Origin: Chrysomallon squamiferum
Lineage: Eukaryota > Animalia > Mollusca
Assembly: GCA_012295275.1 (NCBI GenBank)
Contig: CM022670.1
Coordinates: 35,402,001 to 35,466,000 of the forward strand
Reading direction: 5' to 3'
Length of the DNA: 64,000 nt
Position numbers and translations under genes: made by a program. This document shows, piece after piece, positions 53,423-64,000 of the stretch. The notes beneath the pieces were generated by a model. It was not told the DNA's origin. It did no database searches and saw only the letters and a program-made list of their open reading frames with translations. Each line of letters opens with the position of its first letter. The stretch's first letter is position 1.

Positions 53423-56400
53423 AAAAAACAAAAAACAACTCACATACGGGTTTTTACATTTTCCTCTCTTTCTCCTTCAAAACTTAAAACCGGTGATTTC
53501 TCGTCCCTCGCGAGATCTCACGCCGCACTTCCGGCCTGTGTCGAAAGATTAGTGCAGACGACCAAGAAGTCAAGACAACATATTGATATCAGTTATCGCG
53601 TCCCTTAAACTCCACACATTAGCCAGTCTCTGAATACAGCGTGCATTTTAAGCCGTTGAACACGCCGAGCCAGCGTCTCCGTGCATCCAGCAAATGAAAT
53701 GGCCGTCACTTGCATTAGCCATTGTGACATGCGCTATCGCAGCGGGAAAATTCGGTTTTGTCACGCTAATCTTTAATCGTTAAAATCATGTTAATATCAA
53801 TCATTTGGCTGGCAGCAGATTGATGCAGTTCTCTTGTACGATGGATGATAAAAAGTCGCAGTTTTACTTCTCTCTGGTTTATTAGAATATTGTCGTTAAA
53901 TAGATTTACCGTATTTTTTTTTTTTTTTTTTTTTTTTTGTTGTTTTGTCTAATCTCATACATACACACACGTGAATACACATACTTACACACGCACACGC
54001 ACATACATGCATACATTCGTACATTCATATTTACACACATACATACAGTGACGCATACACGCATGTACATGTACACTATCCATATACACAGCAACATACA
54101 TTTTCTTCAAGTAATAATAATATATGAAGTTCATTATTCTGATCACGAGCCTACGAGACTACGAAGTTACATCTAATCAACTTTATTGTTGTTGTGTTGT
54201 GTTTATCACTGGGTTACAGTTTACGTCGAATTTCTTAGGTCAGTATATTAGGTCAGTCTTTTGTGTGTTGTCCAGCGATTTGTTTTCATTCAGACGTGTC
54301 ATTAAGGAATTACAAAGTGTTTCTCAGCTGCCAGTAAATCAATGCAAGGACAAGATATGAAATTAGTATAAATCAGTAGTTTCTAGGAGTAATCCTCGCT
54401 ATTGTTTTGTTTTCTTTTGTTTATTGTACTGCCTGATCATACTGTAATGTGCTGTCGTTTTAAAGCGTTCGTTTTGTTACTGATCACATTTCTTACATGT
54501 CAAGCTTAAACAAAACAAAAACAAGATCTGGTTTATTAAACGAAACGAGACATTATCTTCAAAATATTCTCGTTTGATATCCCTTCTGTATATTATACTG
54601 TGACATGATAAAGTGAAGAAAAAAAAAAAAAAAAAAAAAAGAAAACAGGTTGGAAAAAAAAAAAAAAAAGAAAAAGAAAAAGAAAACACTGCATCAACGA
54701 AAATCTATTAGGCATCCCTCTGCGTGCCTCGAATCAGCTTCGTCATCATTCCAACAGCCAATCAAATGAACACATGGCGAGCGCTGTTTGGCTTTATTGT
54801 CACCAAGGTTTCGGTTGTTATCTTATGTAAGTCAGATGCGTTTAATTTTAATCCTCTAACAATGACCTTTTGAGAAATGAAAACGGCGTCTGAACAAGAC
54901 TCGTTCGTGACGTAGAAGATAGTGATAATGTTTCGTTTGCTTCGTGTTGTATCGATCGCGGTAGGTTCCACCAACATGATCAGCCTTGGTTCGGGTCTGC
55001 CAGTGATAGAGCCTAGTCTGTGAATGCAAGCCTCAAGCAGTGGACGGTAGAAATCTGTGTGACAAACCGCCAGTCGGCCATTGTGGAAACAGGAATGCGT
55101 CGAGAGAGAATGGGAATGGTGCTATGTCGAAACGTGGAACTCTCACTAAGCTAATGTTTCCATAATCTGATCGCGCTGGTGTTTTATAAGGAGACATTGT
55201 TTAGCTGTGGTGATTTGGTGACAGCTGACAAGAAAGTTATCTACATTAACATCTACAGGTGCATAACAGGTCGGTGTATTATATTTATCGTTAAGAACGA
55301 AAAAAAAAAAAAAAAAAAGAAAAAATAATAGATTTTATTTATTTTGATTCGGAAAATGTACAGGAAACTGTTTTTACAATGTAGCACTGGGCTCTGTATA
55401 TGTCTGCAGAGGATTCCGTGTTCGCGGTGGTTCTGAAGATGTAAATCTCAGTCAGTTTTAATGACAGTGCTTCGTTTTATTTTTCTATAATTTTTCCTAT
55501 TGATAAAACAAAACAAAAATCAACAAAGCAATTTACGTTTGCAGAGATGTATTTGCTTGCTTATTATCCCAGCTCGATTCACCCATGACGGATGGTTTTA
55601 AACCCAATCAATTACGTTTCACAAAAGTTGAAACCAGTTCACGAGCACGATCATTTCAGGTCGAATTAATGGAATGACTGGCAGAAGAAAATTGTCTGCT
55701 TCTTAATTTGACGTGTATTGATAATTACTTCTTTGACAAAAAAAAAAAAAAGGTGGTCTTTAATTCCTGGGTTCTGTCGAATTTTGGATTACAAACGCCG
55801 GTGTGTTTCTGAATGAGAAAAAGCTCATCTCGGGATTTCGAAATGTAAAGAATTGCCGTCATTCGTTTCGAAAAGGATTATAGCTTCACGTCACGCGATG
55901 TTTGCAGTGTAATTGTTTGTAGCAAGTTTTCAGGTTTGTACACGGATATTCTGTGGTAAAGAGGCAGGCATTTTTTTTTCAGGTGCTAATAAGGAACGTA
56001 ACAGCAGCTAATTTATCTGAATTCTTCACAAATGGTTCTGCATACGTATTTCATAACAGACCTGTAAATTATAATTATTTAGTGTGTAGTGCTACTGAAT
56101 ATTCTGAGACGTTACCGGAATATACTGTTGTTTTTCGTTATTTTTATTTATATATTTTTTTTAATTATTATTATTATTATTATTTTGTTTTGTTTTTTTG
56201 TTAAACTACTGCGTTTTAGCAATGGTTTCTGGGGTATAGAGATCAGACTAGTTTCCCAGACAGGATTTATTTGTTCCTGGTTTTACTGGGTTTTTACTAG
56301 CAGTAGGAAACTATTGTTAATTGGCTAATTAATGTTTTCATGTTGCACCTGCAGGTCTGCTAATTTTCTGATCCTTACACAACAACGGTTTGTACTTCGT

Positions 56401-58178
56401 TTCGAGGAAATATTTTTACATTTCTGTTAATTTTTTCAATTACAGCTATATTTCTGAATCACTTTATTACACCTAACTATACGTTATATAAAACACGTGC
56501 AGTATAAACCGAATCTATACTGCGAATGACAGGTGAGTTTCAAACCGTTTTCTCTAGTGATTGGATGGATACCTGTGTATAAAGTGTATTGCAGTACATC
56601 TGTCTCTTCCGTCTTGTCCATGAAAACGTTTCTGCAGTCATGATAATGGATGAAGATTTACCGTAACTCAACTTGTAGATATTTAGCTTGGTAATTTGTA
56701 TTAACACTGCTTTTCGCTGATTCAAAAACATCTTCCAATATGTGATACAATTTTTCCAAACAGTTTTTTTAAAATGATTTATTAAAACATCAACCTTTGA
56801 AGCTTGTCAAAAAAAAAAAAAAAAAAAAATAAAATAAAATAAAATAAAATAAAATAAAATAAAATAAAATAAAATAAAAATTCTAACTGTAATAATTAAA
56901 AACAGCAACATAGTAACTGTTGACCCAAAACACGGCATTGTGATATTTTCAGATTTACTACGACGACAATCGGTCAAATTTGTGATCAGCTCATTTCTCT
57001 TCCAAACGAACGCGGTTGGTCTTCTGCAGGTGGGAACAACCCACCTCATTACGCCGATTGTTAAAACTGTTAGTTCACAGGAGACGTGTACGTACGTACC
57101 ACTGTGGATAAACTCTCGTGAACATTCTCGAAATTCAGTTCTAATGCCGAGCTGATTCATCATCATCATCGGCATCCTCAAACCAAAATTCTCTACCCAC
57201 CAGTTTTTAACTGTTCGTTATATGCCGATTAAACGATTTGTCTCTGGCTTAGACTACTTCTATTCAAAAAAAAACCTCCAATCTGCGAAATGATAGATCT
57301 GCTGGAATATTTCTGTGTGTGCTGCAATTATCATTACGGGATCGAAGTGAAATGATTTGTTGACGGTTATTTTGGAATCAGATCTGAATGCTCGCTAAGC
57401 GCTCCCGTGTATAACTGCGAAGAGTGCATACGGTGATTCGGTTTATAAGGAGATCCAGTTAAGTGATTAGCTGGGGTGTGAGCTCGCCTGATCCGTTATT
57501 CACGCTAGCTGTCAGTTTAACTTCCCAATGCTAACGAGCGAATTCTGTGAACGCAGATTCCTTCGGAGACTCATTGCTTCTTACTGACGACTTATTAGAT
57601 TTTCGAAAAACGCGGCAGCCTGGAAACGAGAAGATAATAAGCATTACAACGGAGAGCACATTTTCCCTAGCTGTCAGACTTTCATACCGAATTCGAGAAA
57701 TTCTTGTCAGGAAACAAAAACGACGCACGCGTCTACCAGCAGGAATTAAGTAGTATTTTAATGATTATCAGGTGTTACATGTAAATTATACAAATATATA
57801 TATATATATATCGAAGGTCTCTGTGGTCCATTAGTTGTTTTGTTGTGTGTATGTAAAAGATATATATATATAAAAAAGAAAACAAAACTGAATTATAAAA
57901 AAAATACTAATTGGAATACATCTGTCACAATAAGACTGAGTACAATCTGTGCTCATCTTAGCAGCAAAGCTGGAGTTTACGCTGAACAGAAGTAAATTGA
58001 AAACGATGGCCTGGCTGTTTAAGAGGTTTGTTTCCTTATTATTATTATTATTATTATTATAGCTACTACTACTACTACGTCTATTACTATTATCATTATC
58101 ATTATATTACCATTATTATAATTATTAGCATCATTGTCATCATTCTTCTTATTATTATTAGCATCGTCAACATCATCA

Positions 58179-58260
<82 letters not shown>

Positions 58261-58527
58261 GATTATTTAAAGAAAAAAGACTTTGTAAAACCATGGTAAG
58301 CAGCCATTCACTCCAATTGTCTGCCTGTGTATCCATAGTTATATATATTAATATACTGTCTTATTACATATTTCTATCTCTGTTTTTCTTTCCCTCACTC
58401 TCTATCTGCACCCCATGCTTAATGGCATACATATACATACATTCATACATAAACATACACCCAAACACATATACGTAATATATACACAGATACATGCATA
58501 CACAGGTACATGATACATACATGCATG

Positions 58528-58591
<64 letters not shown>

Positions 58592-58651
58592 CACACACAG
58601 TATTTTATACATGCTTTTTTTTTTTTGTTTTTTTTTTTTTTTTATTTTTTT

Positions 58652-58714
<63 letters not shown>

Positions 58715-59395
58715 TTTATTTTGTTTGTTTGTTTGCTTCAAACAGACCAGCATGTATACATACAAATAAAAAAAAAAAATAAAAAAAAAAGATAAAAAAA
58801 AACATCAATTTTCTTTCTATTTCTCTCTTGTGGTAAACTCCCAGTTTTTTGTGTATTTATATATGATAGAAAAAATAACTAATGTAGCAGTTTTTAATCC
58901 GAGATCAAGTAACCTGAGACACTCACAGATAATGTGGGTGGAGATCTTGTTTAATGTGGGAGGAAACATGAATGGGTCTTAGTTTAACAAAATGAAGCTT
59001 GTTAGATAGAACCGTGATATACATTCAGTATTGATCTTCTTTCTTTTCTTTTTAACGATCTTTTTTTTTTTTTTTTTTTTTTTTTTCTTTTCATTTGTTT
59101 TTTGATGGGACTGGGGAATAATTGTTTGGGGGTTAATTTGGTACTGATGGCGTCATTACTTTTTCTATTTATTATTATTATTATTATTATATTTATTTAT
59201 TTATTTATTTATTTATGTTTTTGTTTGGTTTTCGTTTTTCATTTGATTATTTCCTTCAGAGACAGAACAAACAAGATATTTCTGTTTTTGCAGTATTCAA
59301 AGATGGTTACCTTTTTTGATTTTGTAGGGTAAAATGTGTAATAACGAAATATAAAATATAATATTAAATAGTGTTTCATACTTCATTTGTTATTC

Positions 59396-59447
<52 letters not shown>

Positions 59448-59452
59448 GACAC

Positions 59453-59504
<52 letters not shown>

Positions 59505-60619
59505 TCATTTGTAACGATAAACTCTGTTTCATAGATTAATTCATGGCAGTTTTGGGTTTCCTTTTCCATGTTCGTACCCACTGGAATGTCACCATATAAC
59601 GTGCAGAAAATCCTTTTGTTTCTTCCTAATTCTAGCATTTACTGAACTGCATGTTTGAACCGTTCACTTAGATATAAGCATCATTAAAAGAAATCATAAG
59701 TATTGTAAATTAACCTTTAGGCAAAGAAGTTTAAGTTACAGTGCTTTTAAGTTGAAGTTTTTTTATTACTGCTTGTTGTTGGTATGTGTTTTAAAAGAAT
59801 GTTCCATAAGTGAAGCTAGTTTGTCCTTATTTGATTTATACTTATCACAGTATAAAATGTAAAGGCGCTGTACGAGTTTCTGTGTGTGTCTAAATATATA
59901 TATATATATATATATATGACAAATTATATTAATTTCATAAACCATTGAACTTTATCTATCTTAAACACTAAATTAAAATTAAAACAAATTTTTGGAGGTC
60001 TACAGGTATTAAAAAAGAAAAGAAAAGAAAAGAAAATTAGTCTTCACTCATTTCTAGCAATACCCTTTTTTTAACACTTAAACGTAAAAACTCGACACTT
60101 TCGAAAACTGTATAAATCCGTCGCTCATTCGTTTAACACACCGACGTAGAGACCAACGTACCCGGCTACGTACTAATAAATAAAAATACATCGATTACGA
60201 GAGTGTTTGCTATGGGACAACATTTTTTTTTTTTTTCCAATGCTGGCGATTACAAGTTCTTTTCTGATGTTTGCTGAGGGTAACATAATGTGAGATGACA
60301 TTTCCTTTAAAGAGCAGTAGGACGACGGACCGGTTCATCGATCAGCGTAAATTTTTATTGAATAAATCTTCATTATGGAAGTCTGTGCCAGCTAATGGAT
60401 GCCGTATAACTATCGTGCTGAAAACTGGAGAATTAGACACTTAGTAAGTTTCGTGCTAAGAAAAGCCTCTCGTGACTTTACTTATTTTTTTGTGTGAGGT
60501 TGTCACTCTTCCTCTTTGTTTTTTTTTCTCTCTCTTTCTTTCTATTTCTTTTCACTCCTTCTGACTCTAATTCCTACCTATGTTTTCCTCTCTTTCTGGA
60601 TTTATATTCTTTTTCTCTG

Positions 60620-60706
<87 letters not shown>

Positions 60707-61401
60707 TTTCTTTTTATTTATTATTTTTCTCTCTGTTCTATCTCTCTCTCTCTCTCTTTTTTTTATTTTTTTTTATTTATAATTTTTTTTCTCTTGTTCT
60801 ATGTCTCTGCTTTTTTCTCTCTTGTTCTCTGTTATTGCTTTGTTTCTCTATCTCTCTCTTTTTTCTCTGTCCATCTTATGTCTTTTCTGGTTCTTTCTCT
60901 TTATACCTTTATCTGTATATTTATCTTTTCCATTCAATCTCTTGTTAACTGTCTCTGTTTTCTCATTTCTCCCTAAAACGTTTACACTATTGTAAAACAG
61001 CACTGTGTTTATCGCTCTTTTTTTTGTAAGAATTTATTTACAAAGTGGAAGCAAACTGGAGGAAAACAAGACACTGGTCATGTTATTAACAAATCTTTCC
61101 TCATATCGAACAAACAACAAATACCAGGATCATATTGGGTTGCAGACCTGTTCGTTATTTCTCTAAATACCTAAGCCAGCGTATAGAGAAATGGGATTTC
61201 CAATTAGTCTGGGGAAAAAAAAAAAAAAAAAGGAAAGAAAAAAAAAGGTTATGTTTCTTTAACCGACATCCAAACGAATTGTTTAAATTTATGATAACGA
61301 TTTGTATTGATAGAGAAAAAAAAAAAAAAAAAGGCACAAAACATAGGTGTAATTAGACAGCTGTATACACATTGTAACCACAATAACAACAAAATTTGTT
61401 T

Positions 61402-61441
<40 letters not shown>

Positions 61442-62425
61442 TCAATCTGTTGAATATGGTTTGTATTTTTGCTGGAAATCTCAGAAAAGGAAAATAAATA
61501 AAAAAAAAAAAAAAAAAAAAAATTCTGAAAGAATTTCTCCAACCAAAAAGTCCAGCGATTTAAATAACGTCCGTTGCATGTAGGCAAGTCGATCGGGGAA
61601 TTCCAGCGTTCTGCGAAAAAGCGAGTGAAAAATTTATCTTTAATTTCTTGTCAGTTGTTCAACTGCGTGTAATCACCAGACTCTGATTCTCGGGTCCAGT
61701 GAGAATTCTGCTGCTGAAGCTGATTAGCTGTGCAGTTGCGTGCATTTGTTATTGCTGAGCTTTATTGCCGCGTGATTAGGCTTGAGCAGAAGTGCAGCAG
61801 TCCTTGCTGCTTTAATATTAATTAATTATTCCGACAGCTCTTCGACTGATTTGTAGCCACGATTTTTAAGCTGTGTTTTGAAACAGAAAGACCGGCTGAA
61901 CACCTGCGTGGAAGAAACCGATTGACCTCTGCATTTGGTCACACATAAATCAATATCTTATTCTGTCTGGCATCGTACTACTGCTATTGCTGTCTTACGT
62001 ATTATTCATTTGACCAAACTTTGCCGATAATAAAGTATAACATTAAAAAAAAAAAAAAAAAAAAACGAAATGAAATGGTGACGTTTTATTTTGTATTTTT
62101 GTATATCTTTCCATGCCTTTGGTGATAAGGTTCCTAACTGTTTTATTTAATTTCGCAACTGAACTGTTCTCAACTGATGTTATTGCGAGGATTAGATTTT
62201 TGCACAGTGTGTATCTAATTTTGTAATGTTCGTTTGACCTTATGGATGACCCCAGTTTGAAGCAAAGGACCGTAACACGTTATGAATAACTTCTGATAAA
62301 TATATAATGAACAAAAATACTTTTTCGTGTACTTCCAAGATATTATTTTATTTGCTAATAATTAGTCTCTGATGATAATTAAATATAATATAATAACAGG
62401 ATGCATGGTCAGTGACATTTTTATG

Positions 62426-62469
<44 letters not shown>

Positions 62470-63747
62470 TTATATAAGTTTAAAAAAAAAATTAGACTGA
62501 GTAAAACCTTGCAAAGTCCCGTATCCACAGGATGCCACTTTCTATGTATTCTGTATTTATCTTTTCATTCACAAATTTACTCATTTTCTCCTTTTTCCAT
62601 TTTTAATTTTTTCCCCACAGTTTTGGACAATATTCTTTTAACCTTAAACTGATATTTTTCATCGTCTTGTTATTTTGTCAGTGGTATAAATCATGTTGAC
62701 ATTAGCTTTTGGGTCTTTGTTACAGACGTGTTAAAATAACTTGTAAGTATGCAAAATAGATTTAGACTGCTGGTGTGTGAAACCAGATTAATACTTTAAA
62801 TCATTTACTTTTTTCTTCTTTTTCCCCCCACTATTCTCTCATTCCTCTCCGCTTCTCTCTTTCTCATTCTTTCCCTTTTCCTTTCTTTCTTTGTCTCACT
62901 CTCCAAATGAACATCACAAACGTACAACAAAGTCTGTGCTAAATAATACTGTTTTTGAAACTGAGATATTGGACTTCGAAGTCTGATGGTTTTTAACTTA
63001 CGCTTTATTTTCAGTTCAGATTGCGTATGGACAGTGATCATATTGACACTTTTTAATATTGTGAATCGTTTCTAGACTGTGTCCCTTACAATCACACTAA
63101 AATGTGTATTTCGACAAAAGAAAAAATCTTTAAATGTTCTTCAAGTGTTGTCAGTGTTAGCTGCAGGTTCTTACTAGGACTGTATATTAATATATAGTCC
63201 GTGGAAACTTCTGTTTAAGAAAAAAAAATTATGTCAGTGTCAGTTAATTCTTCTTCTTCTTTTTCTCTTTATTTACATTTCCATATGTTTATTGTCTTTC
63301 TTTCTCCTAATCACTGGCTTTTTTTTTTTTCCTTTTTGCATTCTGCCTGACCAAGATAAAGCTGATATCTTAAGATATTCTGCAAACCTAAATAATGCAA
63401 AAACTGTACGGAATTAGCTGACTTATTTTTCAACTCACCTCTCTCGAGAATAATACATTGATTTCGTTGCCGCCTACAAAAACTCTACATCAAACAAAAC
63501 AGTTCTTAAACAACATCAATTTTTTTTAGTTTTTTAAAAATAAAAACAGTTTCCGAAATGGTCTTTTAAGATTTACACCAGCAATTAAACACAAAGAAGT
63601 GAGTTTAACAATGTGTGTGTGTGTGTGCGTGCGTGCGTGTGTGTGTGAATAACGAGAAATTTATCGAAGTATAGTTTCTTACCCCAAAAAGAATATAAAA
63701 GTGTATTTGGTCGTTATGTCTTGCCACTAGTTATTGTGTTTGCACGA

Positions 63748-63799
<52 letters not shown>

Positions 63800-64000
63800 T
63801 TTGATCTTCGTTGTAGATGACCCGGTAACAGTGACGGTTAAAACAGCATCACTGTGAAAACTGAAATATCCGTAATCCTTCGTATCGCTGCAATGATCCG
63901 CATGAATCTAACATATGTGAATTCATTCTGAGATTGATATGTACTTAACCAATAATACGGATGCACCGAACCAACATTATCCAAAAATAAAAGGAAGAAT

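Noticed and set aside
55970-56000. Strong acceptor TTTTTTTTTCAG|GTGC as the next RGS exon
   Set aside because: In phase 2 it reads W-C-stop (TGG TGC TAA), with no further support.

Overview
Eukaryotic (invertebrate animal) genomic DNA. It is AT-rich, very dense in microsatellites ((AT)n, (AG)n, (AC)n, (AAT)n, (ACT)n, (AAAT)n, (ATAC)n) and shows no obvious CpG depletion. The style resembles cephalopod or penaeid genomes, but the taxon cannot be fixed from the sequence. Almost all entries in the ORF track are simple-repeat artefacts. The one well-supported coding feature, missed by the track, is a 167-nt GC-rich + strand exon at 32195-32361 with canonical splice sites. It encodes MSAATVMRRQ...GRTTRGCCFC(W), which matches the start of the cysteine string of RZ/A-subfamily RGS proteins (RGS17/19/20-like). 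The window is therefore probably mostly 5' region and very large introns of that gene; no RGS-domain exons were found. Candidate upstream first exons or promoters lie at about 14.6 kb (TATA/Inr), 23.6 kb (in-frame alternative coding exon) and 25.5 kb (ETS/GC-box/CCAAT/E-box cluster). The rest is minisatellites (14, 22, 25, about 28, 39, about 76 and 114 bp units) and several short unique cores duplicated together with flanking microsatellites. One of these is a triplicated 0.42-kb unit with compensatory changes in a hairpin. No CRISPR array, tRNA, rRNA or intact transposon ORF was seen. I cannot support a claim of a wholly new biological system; the findings are hypotheses.
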